Assembly: GCA_013416795.1 (NCBI GenBank)
Contig: RQSC01000032.1
Coordinates: forward strand, 1 to 64,000
DNA: 64,000 bases
Origin: Prasinococcaceae sp. CCMP 1430
Taxonomy: Eukaryota > Plantae > Prasinodermophyta
Reading direction: 5' to 3'
Shown: piece after piece, positions 20,429-29,847 of the stretch
Numbering within the stretch: the first letter of the stretch is position 1
Layout of the letters: each line of letters opens with the position of its first letter
Notes under the pieces: model-generated
Told to the model about the DNA's origin: nothing
Seen by the model: only the letters and a program-made list of their open reading frames with translations
Databases searched by the model: none
Program-made: the position numbers and the translations under genes

Positions 20429-21400
20429 GTGTGGGCGGCGCGGCGCACACTCCGAGGACGCGCGCAGCAGCCACACACAGCAGCCACACAGCGCCCCCGT
20501 CTCTGTCCCTCCCCCTCCCCCTCCGCTACTAATCGCACGTTTCCTGGAGAAAGTCGTGGGCGAGGCGTATCTCCAGCGGCGCCTTTCCCTCCGCGCTGCG
20601 GCGCGGGCCGCCTGTGCACGCCCCGCGTGCGATGGCGGCGGCGGCGGCGGCGGCGACCTCGAAGATGGCATCCCTGGCGGCTTGGCTCTGGCCCGAGGCG
20701 CGAGGGGCGCGCGGCAGCGGCCGTCGCGGCGACGGCCGCTGCGGCGGCACGTGCGGCACGCGCGCGTGCGTTGAACAGCGTGGTAGAGGCCACCGCCAAG
20801 GAGGTGCAGCCGGGCGAGGGGTGCACCGGCGGGCAGCTGTCAGAGCGCGTGCGCGAGGCGTTGCGCATGCACCTTGCACAGCCCGTGTCAGTGGTGACTG
20901 CTGCGGCTGCCGACGGCAGCCTCGTGGGGTTCACGTGCGGTAGCGTCACGCCCGTCACCCTCTCACCCGAGCCAGTGCTGGCGTTGAATGTGAGGGTCGA
21001 GTCAGCGGGGGGGCGGGCGCTCGCACCACGCACAGGTGCGCGGGGCTTCGCCGTGCACCTGCTGGGCGAGGGTGGGGTGCAGCTCGCGCAGACCTTTGCC
21101 TCTGGCGCTACCAACTCGGAGACGCACTCGGCGCGCTTCGACAGAAGCGGTGTAGCGTGGGAGCGCTGCGTGCGCACGAGTGCGCCGCTGCTGCGCGCTG
21201 GCGGTGTGCGTGCCGCGCTGCTGTGCGAGCCCCTCGATGGCGCCGATTTGTGCGTCGGCGACGCGCGTGTCGTGCTCGCCAAGGTGGTGGGCGTCGACCC
21301 GCAACGAAGCAGCCAAGGCGACGGCGCGCGCTCCAGCGCAGGGTCTCCGCTGCTGTATCTCGACAGGCAGTACGCCGCACTGGCGCCATTGCAAATATGA
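20429..21400 (+). CDS. Flavin reductase-like FMN-binding protein (Flavin_Reduct); start uncertain
   Basis: REALRMHLAQPVSVVTAA, GFTCGSVTPVTLSPEPVLALNV, FAVHLLGE..QLAQTFA, RFD and PLLYLDRQY. Confidence 0.82.
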   Translation: MWAARRTLRGRAQQPHTAATQRPRLCPSPSPSATNRTFPGESRGRGVSPAAPFPPRCGAGRLCTPRVRWRRRRRRRPRRWHPWRLGSGPRREGRAAAAVAATAAAAARAARARALNSVVEATAKEVQPGEGCTGGQLSERVREALRMHLAQPVSVVTAAAADGSLVGFTCGSVTPVTLSPEPVLALNVRVESAGGRALAPRTGARGFAVHLLGEGGVQLAQTFASGATNSETHSARFDRSGVAWERCVRTSAPLLRAGGVRAALLCEPLDGADLCVGDARVVLAKVVGVDPQRSSQGDGARSSAGSPLLYLDRQYAALAPLQI

Positions 21401-21442
21401 TAAAGAAGCCGCTGCATATTACTGAGAAATCGCGCGCGCGCC

Positions 21443-24400
21443 TCATGCCATGGAATGCACCTTCGACTTGACCGCGAACGAGTCGGCACCACTGAGGCCA
21501 CCCTCGGCGCTCTCGTCCGCCGTACCCACGCCGAGAGTACGCACGGAGAAGCCGCGTCCACAGCGCACCTTGAAGCGCAGCTCGCGCCCCCAGGCACGCT
21601 CGCCGGCGAGCGGTGCGAAGGTGATGGCGACCCGCTGCGTGCGGGGCCTGCCGAGTCCACAAGCGCCGATGACGCCCGCAGCGGGCTGCGCACTGAAAAC
21701 CGACCGCTCGCCAACCTCGCCCACCGAGACGTCATCCCCCGTCTCCACCAAGCTCCACTCGGCGTCAACATTGGACGGGTTCTCCAGCGTGATGGTGAGC
21801 GTGCGCGTGCTCTCTGAGTGTACGGGTCCAAAGTGAAGTGCATCCCCACCATCGCTGAGCGGGCCCGACGCTCGCGCCACAACCTCAGGGTGTACGAAGG
21901 AAGCCACCAACGGGAGCGTCTGTACCGCACCCGAGCCGGCGAAAGTGATGTTCAGCGAACCCTCGATGGTCGAGTCTACGCGCGCACTCTCCTCGCTCGA
22001 GGCGACGGGCGCGTGGTACTTGAGCGCGACGTCCACGCACTCACGCGGCGGCAGCTCGACGTCATACACCCCGCTTCCGGATCCGCCATCGAGCACGAAG
22101 CGCGGGTGCGCCACGTCGACACCAGTCGCCTCGAAAGGGTTGCTCGCGCTCAGGGTGAAGCGCTGCATGCAGGGCTGCGTGTTGGTGAGTATCACCCTGC
22201 GCGTGCCTCGTGAGGCGCTCTCGGGCACAGGCGCCGCGACAACGAAGCTGAGGCCCCCATCGCCGTCGAAGTCGGCCTCGAGCGAGGGTGCGACGCTGAG
22301 CGCCTCGAGTTGCAGCGCCAGCGGGCTGAGCGGCACCGCACTCCGCGCAGCCGTGGGGTGCATGCCGCCCACGAGGTTGATCGCCAGCGAGTCTGCGTCC
22401 TTGGCCAATGCCCCCTTCTTGCCACGCATGGTCAGGCTGAGCGGGACCTCGCACGCAACGATCTGCTGCGCGCCGCTGAGGAAGCCGCGGAAGTGCCCCG
22501 CGCTCTCCGACGCGAAGGTCACGTCGAAGCGCGCCGCCTCGCCGCCTGCAATGAGCGCCTGCGAAGGCTCCACCGCGAATACAGCAGGGGCGAGCTCAGT
22601 CGACCCAGCCTCGAGGGAGTGCTCGCTCACCTCCACCACAACGCCTGTGCGCGTAGGTACGAGCGTCGCGTCCGCCGCACGCCCACAGCCGTTGCCTGCT
22701 TCACCCCCTTCGTCGCCGCAGTACATGCGCACCGACCAGTCGACGCGCATGGGCAGCGGCCCTGTGTTGCGGACGTAGAAACCCTTCGTGGCGGTCGGCG
22801 CCGCCTGCATCGTCTTGCCCCACAGCAGCGATCTGAGGGGCCGCGTCAGGCCCGCGACCTCGGCGGCGGCCGGGGCGCGGTCGCGTCGGATCTGCAGAGG
22901 CGTGCCAACCACTCCCGCGCGCACCGGGATCTCGCGCGGTGCGATCGTGCCCACGCGACACTCCAACGTGTCATCGTACTCTCCCGGCAGATCCGAGTAG
23001 CAAGTGAGCACACAGCGGAACTCCCCCCATGGCGGTAACGTGCCCGCGCTCGGCGAGAGCGTGATGGCCACGCCGTCGTGAGCGCCCAACAGGCGCGCCT
23101 CAGTGTCCTGGTCGTCGCGCGCACGCGTGAGGGCCTGCCCAGCCTTTGAGGAAAACGTGCGGTGGTGCTCGTGGGCATCGCTCAGAACAGGCTGCGTGGA
23201 GCCGTGAGTGCCGATCCCGCGACGCACAGTCGCACCTCCCAGGCTGTAGGGAGTGCCAAAGCGCGATGCACCGCTGCCGGCCGTGGTCGGCGGAACAGGG
23301 CGCGAGTGAGCGCGCGAGAGCCCGCCGCGGGCACCGCCAACGCTCGAGGAGGTATGTGGTGGCACGGCTGTGTACGCGTGCATGGTCGATCCAATGCTTG
23401 CAGGCGCGCCCACGTCTGAACTGCCTGGCCCGTCGGGCAGCGCGGAGAAGCGCCGCAGCGACAGCGCGACCGGTGCCTCAATGGCGGTCGTGTTGCGGAT
23501 GACCAGCTCGACGCGTGTGGGCTCACGCAGTGCGCATTCCTCCCCAAAATCGAGGAGGTCAGGCTCGGACACGACAGGCTGCCCGGCGCGCTCCATGGCA
23601 TAGGTGACACCGAGCGAGCGGACGCTACCGCTCACAGCGAAGGCAAGCGGAGACTCCATGCCAGCAACGGTGCCCACGACGACGGCGTCGAGCTCGCCTG
23701 GCATGCGCGGAGTAGCGGTCACAAGGAGCTCGGCCTCGGCACCCGGCTCCAACCTGCCCATCCGTGGCTCGACAGTCAACGAAACGGTGGCCTTGCCGTC
23801 CTCGCCGGCAATCGGGTCCGCGCCCCAGTCAAAGCTCGCCGGTAGCATCGTCATGTTGCGTATTGGCAACACGCGGATCTCGGGTACGCCCACGAAGGCC
23901 TCACCCAGTTCGAGGCAGGCGGCACCGAGCGCCGCGCGTGGTGCTAGCGCCTCCGCGCAGAAGGCCGCGTACGCAGGCGCACCACCCGCAACCGTGCAGA
24001 CCACGCAACCACGCACGGCGCCAGCCTCAGCGCGCGGAGGCACGTACGTCGCAGGCACATGCGTCTCGCCGCCCGGAGGAAGCACGCCGGCGGTTTCCTC
24101 GAACGTCAACCCCTCGAAGTCGGTCGTGCCAAGTGTCCACTCCGCAGGCGTGTCGGAAAAATTGCACAGCTTCACGCTGGTGTCCCACGCCTTCTCCACC
24201 TCGACGAGCCCAATGTCCACGGCAGGCTCACCGAAGCGCACCTCAGGCGCAGCCACGCGAGCCGCAACGCTTACCTCAAGCGGCGGCCCATGATCGACCA
24301 CGCACTGCACACGCGCGTCGATCGCGCCCACTGCGGTAGGACGTAGCTCCAGGCGCAACTCGACCGACTCGCCTGGTGGCACCTCTCCCTCCGAGGGCTC

Positions 24401-27073
24401 CACAAGCACGTCGGCCGCGCCTTGCGTCTTTGCTGGCGCGGCGGCTGCACAGCCCAGAAGCGACACAAGCGGAGGCGCCTCCGCACCGCTGCCGTTCGCG
24501 CTCGGCAGACGGCGCGAAGAGGCACTCGCAGATTGCCAGCTGAAGCTTGCCGCGCTGCTTGAGTTGTTGTACAGAGTGACCGTTGACGCGTACGTCTTGC
24601 CCACGAGCATGCTCTCGGCGAAGCGCACGAAGCGCGGAGCAAGCTCTACATCGCGCGCAGCGCCCATGGCCTCAGCGCGTAGCCGCGCGGCTAGCACCTC
24701 ACCACCCCCTGAGCCCTCCGCTCCCTCCACCGACGTGTCAACCACAAGGTCCAGCGCGACCCCGAACCTCGCCACCGCGTCCGGAGCAAACGTGAGCGTG
24801 AAGGCGAAGTCCGCCGTCGGTGGGAGCACGCCCGATGCAGGGCTGATGACGAACGCGCCAGCCGCCTCAAGAGGCGTGCGCACGCGCGGCGCGCCTGGCG
24901 CACACGGCGGCGCGCGCACTTCCCAACGGTATGGGAGCGGCACAGCCGTCGCCGAGCGCATCACGACGGTGCGGGCAGTGCGTGCGCCGGGAACCGTCTC
25001 ACCGAGCCACAATGGCCTCTCCGCAAGGTCGCCGTCAAGCTCGCCGGGCAGCACCGCACGCCCGTCGACCTTCGCGGCGGCCACATCGAGGCTCGTGCCC
25101 TGCCCCGAGATGCAGAAGGTCTTCACCTGGCAGTTGTCGCACACCATATGGAAGGTCGTGTTGTGCGGGCCCGAGACACTCGGTGCAAAAATCACCTCGA
25201 GCTCGAGCACCTCGCTCGGTTCGAGCGCGAACGCGCGCGGTGAGATCGTGAAGAGGCCACCCTCGAGAACGAGATCGGGGGAATCGTCTGCCATTGCAAG
25301 CGGCGCTCCAGGCAGCGGTTGGCCATCGCCGTCGAGCGCGCCCTGCCTGGATCGCGCCCACTCCTCCGCGCTGAACAACCTGAAGGAGCCCGCTCCACCG
25401 ACGTTGCGGCACTCGATCACCTTGCGCTTGGTGAGGCCCTCAAGGCAGTTGGAGCACTGAATCGCCTGCGGCACGGTAAGCTTGGGCGGCGCGCGGTGCC
25501 CGCGCAGCTCCACGCTGAACGTTCCCTCCTCGGTGGCAACAGTGAGTGCGTCCTGGTAGTCAGCCAGACTGTCAGGGAAGAAGCGCACCACTATTCGCAC
25601 GCCCATGCCCGGTGCAAGAAGACCGGAGCCCGCGGGGAAGCTCTGCTCTGAGATGGAGAAGAACTCTGAGGTGGGCGGCAGCACCTTGATGCGACGCGAG
25701 AAGCGCGACCTGTTGCGCACGTGAACCGTCATCTCGTACACCACACCTGCCTCGTAGTCCGTGAACTCGACAGTCTCGGGTTGCACCACGAATGGGTTGG
25801 CCTCGTGCGCCATGAGTTCGCCCGACGCGCCCGCATCGCCACCGCCGCCCACGCTCACGCCCGCGCCTGAGCGCAGCGTCGCCGATGCCAGATCGCTGAC
25901 GGACGCGGAGGACGCGTTCTGTCCGACCGTGTGGCGCGGGGTGCGCAGGAAATTGAGCTTGGCGGCCATATTTTTCAGCAACTTGCGCTCGATGTCCATC
26001 TGTGCGGCGGGCATCTTGGGTTTGGCCTTGGGTGGTGTCGGCGCGCGCATCGAGGAGGCGTGTTCGCCCGCAAAGGCTGATCCGAGCGTGTCGGTTCCGA
26101 GGCCACCCAAATCCGCGGCCCCGCCACCCCCGCCCCCTACTGTGCTCGTAGTGTGCATCGCCAGGTCCTCCGCCTCGCGCTCTGCGCGCGCGGTCGCCGT
26201 GCGCGCGAACACATGCGGGAAGGTTCGTTGCTGGATAGTGGTGCGCATGCGCTGATTGACGGTCGGCTGGAGATACGCCGCGGCGCGCCCCATGAATTCG
26301 AGGGTGGCGGGCGGCTGCTGCACTTCCCACACGCCGCGCTCGTGCACGTCCAATAGGCCGAGCACAGATATGAGCCCGTTCGACTCGAGCTCGGCCGGAT
26401 CCTGGCGAAGCTGCGTGCGCATGCGCGGCAGGCCTGTCTCGCGATGGCCGGCCGTGTAGAGGTCGTCGGCCTCAGCCAGGGCACGGCGCTCCTCCGCTCG
26501 CGCGGCCGCAGCTGCGCGCAGTAACTCCGCCTCGAGGGCATCGCACGCTGTGAGCGTCGCGTCGCACGCGCGGTCGATCTCGGCGATGCGCTGCTCGTAC
26601 TCGTCGTCTTTGCGCAGCTCCTCGGCCGATCCGCGGGCGGCAGCGTCAGCTCCGCCCTCAGGAGCGGCGTCAGCCCCCTCAGCAGGCTCTGCGCCGACCG
26701 CGGGGGGTTCCTCATCGCCCCCGTCACCGCCGTCGGCCGAACCTTCATTCGCGTTGTCAGGATCGGCGCCCGCCTGAGCGTGGGCGCCTGTGTCGGTGCC
26801 CCCGCCGTCGGCGCCTCCGTCGGCGCCTCCGTCGGCGCCACCGTCGGTGCCGTCCGCGGGATCATCCGCGTAGAGCGACGCAAACTCCTCTTCCAGCAGT
26901 GTGCCAATGTATCCGACGCCGGGCACGAGCGGCCCAGGCATGGTCACCTCCTCGTCGCCCCTGACTTCGCCCTTTGCCGCCGCCGCGCCGTCTGCGCCGG
27001 TCGCGCCGTCCTCGTGCTGGGCCTCGGCCTCGGCCTGGGCCGCGTCCGTGTCGGCGGCCATGCCGCGCCCCAT
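21443..27073 (-). CDS. DLEC1: DLEC1 / CFAP81 (FAP81), central-apparatus ASH/Ig-like repeat protein
   Basis: About 1870-aa intronless ORF with KLNFLRTPRH, PETVEFTDYEAG.VYE, KVLPP.SEFF..GLLAPGMG...VRFFPDSLADY.D.L, PPKL.VP..CLEG...ECRNVGGAG.F and several ASH-like domains. Confidence 0.85.
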   Translation of the reverse strand: MGRGMAADTDAAQAEAEAQHEDGATGADGAAAAKGEVRGDEEVTMPGPLVPGVGYIGTLLEEEFASLYADDPADGTDGGADGGADGGADGGGTDTGAHAQAGADPDNANEGSADGGDGGDEEPPAVGAEPAEGADAAPEGGADAAARGSAEELRKDDEYEQRIAEIDRACDATLTACDALEAELLRAAAAARAEERRALAEADDLYTAGHRETGLPRMRTQLRQDPAELESNGLISVLGLLDVHERGVWEVQQPPATLEFMGRAAAYLQPTVNQRMRTTIQQRTFPHVFARTATARAEREAEDLAMHTTSTVGGGGGGAADLGGLGTDTLGSAFAGEHASSMRAPTPPKAKPKMPAAQMDIERKLLKNMAAKLNFLRTPRHTVGQNASSASVSDLASATLRSGAGVSVGGGGDAGASGELMAHEANPFVVQPETVEFTDYEAGVVYEMTVHVRNRSRFSRRIKVLPPTSEFFSISEQSFPAGSGLLAPGMGVRIVVRFFPDSLADYQDALTVATEEGTFSVELRGHRAPPKLTVPQAIQCSNCLEGLTKRKVIECRNVGGAGSFRLFSAEEWARSRQGALDGDGQPLPGAPLAMADDSPDLVLEGGLFTISPRAFALEPSEVLELEVIFAPSVSGPHNTTFHMVCDNCQVKTFCISGQGTSLDVAAAKVDGRAVLPGELDGDLAERPLWLGETVPGARTARTVVMRSATAVPLPYRWEVRAPPCAPGAPRVRTPLEAAGAFVISPASGVLPPTADFAFTLTFAPDAVARFGVALDLVVDTSVEGAEGSGGGEVLAARLRAEAMGAARDVELAPRFVRFAESMLVGKTYASTVTLYNNSSSAASFSWQSASASSRRLPSANGSGAEAPPLVSLLGCAAAAPAKTQGAADVLVEPSEGEVPPGESVELRLELRPTAVGAIDARVQCVVDHGPPLEVSVAARVAAPEVRFGEPAVDIGLVEVEKAWDTSVKLCNFSDTPAEWTLGTTDFEGLTFEETAGVLPPGGETHVPATYVPPRAEAGAVRGCVVCTVAGGAPAYAAFCAEALAPRAALGAACLELGEAFVGVPEIRVLPIRNMTMLPASFDWGADPIAGEDGKATVSLTVEPRMGRLEPGAEAELLVTATPRMPGELDAVVVGTVAGMESPLAFAVSGSVRSLGVTYAMERAGQPVVSEPDLLDFGEECALREPTRVELVIRNTTAIEAPVALSLRRFSALPDGPGSSDVGAPASIGSTMHAYTAVPPHTSSSVGGARGGLSRAHSRPVPPTTAGSGASRFGTPYSLGGATVRRGIGTHGSTQPVLSDAHEHHRTFSSKAGQALTRARDDQDTEARLLGAHDGVAITLSPSAGTLPPWGEFRCVLTCYSDLPGEYDDTLECRVGTIAPREIPVRAGVVGTPLQIRRDRAPAAAEVAGLTRPLRSLLWGKTMQAAPTATKGFYVRNTGPLPMRVDWSVRMYCGDEGGEAGNGCGRAADATLVPTRTGVVVEVSEHSLEAGSTELAPAVFAVEPSQALIAGGEAARFDVTFASESAGHFRGFLSGAQQIVACEVPLSLTMRGKKGALAKDADSLAINLVGGMHPTAARSAVPLSPLALQLEALSVAPSLEADFDGDGGLSFVVAAPVPESASRGTRRVILTNTQPCMQRFTLSASNPFEATGVDVAHPRFVLDGGSGSGVYDVELPPRECVDVALKYHAPVASSEESARVDSTIEGSLNITFAGSGAVQTLPLVASFVHPEVVARASGPLSDGGDALHFGPVHSESTRTLTITLENPSNVDAEWSLVETGDDVSVGEVGERSVFSAQPAAGVIGACGLGRPRTQRVAITFAPLAGERAWGRELRFKVRCGRGFSVRTLGVGTADESAEGGLSGADSFAVKSKVHSMA

Positions 27074-28003
27074 GCCCTTGCTTGTCCGCGCGCCCACCCG
27101 CGAGCGCGGCCAGCGCCACGCCCGGGCTTGCGTTCGGACGGCGGGTTCAAGGGGCCGGGAGGGGGCGAAGAGGAGGTGCGGGGGCGCGCCGCCCGCCCCC
27201 CGCCGCGCGCACACTGGTGCTCCGCGCCCGCGCTCGGTCCTTCGCCTTCACTGCGCTGCGCGGCCGGCGCGCTCGCGCGCCGCGCCACCAAAAAAAAAAA
27301 AAAAAAAAAAAGGGTTCCATATGCGCGCGAACGGTCCCGTCGCGCGCGCGGCCGCGCGGCGCGCTTGCGCGCGCGAACGCACGCCATCGCAGCTCGGCGC
27401 GCCCCTTTTGGATTCCAAACGGATTCCGCTGGATTCCATCTAACGTCCCAACGCGAACGCGCGCGCGCGGCGCGCCCGATGCGGCGCTGGGCTCGGAGCA
27501 ACGAACGAATGGACCCTGAAAATGAACGTACCCCAAATGTGTTGTACGCGCGCACGGGGCCGTACCCGCAACCGGCGCGGAGGGTGCGTTCGGGGGTTTG
27601 GGGAGGCGAGGAGATATTTGGGCGCTGCCGCCGGCCGCTTGCCAGCCGCTGCCACAGCGCGGCCCGTGCGCGTGCGCGCCCGACGCCAGGGCTCCCCTCT
27701 TCCCCTCCCGTGCGGGTGACACGCTACCTCCGCGCGCGCCAGGCGCGTGCGAGCAGCTCCCCTCCGGTCGCGCCGCCTCGGCTCGAGCGCGGCGGGCGGC
27801 GGAGCGAGTGCCGTTCCTGCGCCTCCCACAGATGCGTCTGGACGTGGTGGGGGTGGCCGGCGGCTCGAGACCGAGGCCTCGGTCGCGGTGCGGCGGGGAG
27901 CGCCGGAGGGCGGAGGGGGCGGGCGGGGCGGCGTGAGGGTGGCCAGGGGAGATAGGGGGAAGGGAGATCTCGACGACGCGCCTCAAGGCCGGTCTGCTCA
28001 GGG

Positions 28004-28849
28004 ATGAGCGCAACCGCAGCGGCGCCGCGCGCGGCGCGGAGCGGAGCGGCGGTGCGCCGCAGCGGGTGGCGCCGCAGCGTTCGTGGCGGACTTCGCGGCG
28101 GACTGCGTGGCGGCGCGCGCGGCCTGTGCGCCCCTGTGCGCGCGGCGCCCATCGAAGGCGAGAGCGAGACAGAAAAAGATGACACCGACGGGGCTGAAGC
28201 CGAGCCCGTGGTCGCAATGGACGCAACTGACCCGACAGTCCGCGCCGCATGGGACTCGGTTCGCAAGCAGCTCATCTCGGTCGGACGCGCTGGCGTGCGC
28301 CAGTCGCACGCCAATTCGCTCGCCGAGGCGCTGCGCGCACACTCGCTCGTCAAGGTCAAGCTCGCAAGCGACGCCATGGACGCGGGTCGCGCGGCCGCCG
28401 AACTGACGGCGCTCGTGAAGCGGGCAGGTGGCAGCAGCGCGTACGTCGGCGCCAAGGGCCAGATGCTCATGTTCGCGCGCGACGAGGGCGCCGTCGCGGC
28501 GGCCGCGGCTGGCGCTGCGAGCGGCGGCTGCGGCAGCAGCAGCGCGCGCGCGCCGGGCGCGCGGCTGCGAAAGAGCGCGCCAAAGCTCTTCATGGGAGGG
28601 GTGCCTCACGATATGACGGCCGAGGACGTCGAGGCGCTGGTGAGGCCGCACGCTGGCGGGCCTGCCGCCCCGCTGCGCATCGAGCTGCCGGTGGCGCGCG
28701 ACGGCAGCGGCAACAAGGGCCACGCGCTGCTCACCGTCGGGAGCGCCGAGGCGGCGGCGGCAGTCACGGCGGCTCTCAACGGCAAGGCGGTCGGGCAGGA
28801 GCGCACGCTCTCGGTGCGCCCGGACGGCGCGAAGCACAAGAGGCGATGA
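28004..28849 (+). CDS. Organelle-targeted CRM (CRS1/YhbY) domain + RRM protein
   Basis: Arg/Ala-rich transit-like N-terminus; CRM motif LISVGRAGV...LAEALRAHSLVKVKL..VG...LMF; RRM with KLFMGGVP (RNP2) and KGHALLTV (RNP1-like). Confidence 0.8.
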   Translation: MSATAAAPRAARSGAAVRRSGWRRSVRGGLRGGLRGGARGLCAPVRAAPIEGESETEKDDTDGAEAEPVVAMDATDPTVRAAWDSVRKQLISVGRAGVRQSHANSLAEALRAHSLVKVKLASDAMDAGRAAAELTALVKRAGGSSAYVGAKGQMLMFARDEGAVAAAAAGAASGGCGSSSARAPGARLRKSAPKLFMGGVPHDMTAEDVEALVRPHAGGPAAPLRIELPVARDGSGNKGHALLTVGSAEAAAAVTAALNGKAVGQERTLSVRPDGAKHKRR

Positions 28850-29381
28850 CCCCGCCGCCGGTCCCGGTCCCGAGGCGCGCGCCCGCCGTCCCGGCGCTGC
28901 GCGCTCAGCTGGCTCGCCCGCCCATTTTATTAGTAAACCCTACACTTCGAAAGCCCCTAAACCCCTCATCATCCCGGACCCTGCGCCGTCGTCGATTTCG
29001 AGCAAGTTTTTCCTTTGTTGCCGCATCGGAGGCAACACTCGCGGCGATTGTTGCCTCAGAGTCAGTCCGGGGCGACAACGCTCCCGGCGGCGGATGGTCG
29101 AACGGACATCGGCGCCAGCCGGCCGGGCCGCGCGAGGTTTCTTTACCTATGATGAGACCCGCAGCTCGGCACACACAGGATCATCCCGAATCAATCATAA
29201 ATCCCCACAGGCCGAAAGTGATGGGAAAGTGATGGGGCGCGCGCGCCCCGAGCGCGGCGCTAAGGGGCACGAGAGCGCCCGCGATGCGCGCATGCGAACT
29301 CGAACTCGCACCCGCATGCGAACTCGCGCGAGGGCGCTCTCTTTTTCTCTTTGTTTCGCTTGCCTTTCTTTGGGGGCGAGC

Positions 29382-29420
29382 GCGGTGCGGTGCGGTGCGG
29401 TGCGGTGCGGTGCGGTGCGG
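29382..29420 (+). repeat. (GCGGT)n microsatellite, about 8 units
   Basis: Read directly from the sequence; it lies immediately before the bacterial-like fragment. Confidence 0.9.
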
Positions 29421-29441
29421 CCGCGGCGCGCGCGCGCGTGG

Positions 29442-29516
29442 CGATACCTCGCCTCTGACGAATCCGGCTTCACCACTGGTGCCGAATTCCGCATCGACGG
29501 CGGCAGCTCGATCTGA
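29442..29516 (+). other. Orphan C-terminal fragment of a short-chain dehydrogenase/reductase, bacterial-like
   Basis: YLASDESGFTTGAEFRIDGGSSI* is the classic SDR C-terminal motif. The rest of the SDR is absent, and its stop overlaps the next ATG (TGATG). Confidence 0.7.
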
Positions 29517-29816
29517 TGAACCCGATCAGCCTCGCCTCGGGCGTCGTCCCCGAATTCGGACCTGTCGAGACGATCCTCGCGGCGCGCACCGGCGGGCGGC
29601 TGACGCTCGCCGAGGCGAGCGGGGCCATGGGCGACCTCGGCACGTTCATCCCGCTGACGCTGGCGCTGGCGACCAACCGCGGCCTCGACCTGGGCACCAC
29701 GCTCGTCGGGACGGGCATCTACCACGTGCTCACCGCCTTCGCCTTCAAGATACCCATGCCCGTGCAGCCAATGAAGTCCATAGCTGCCATCGGTGAGGAG
29801 CGCGCGCGCGCGCGCA

Positions 29817-29847
<31 letters not shown>

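Noticed and set aside
29140-29240. C/D-box snoRNA (ATGATGA at about 29149)
   Set aside because: There is no matching box D (CTGA) with a terminal stem at a plausible distance.
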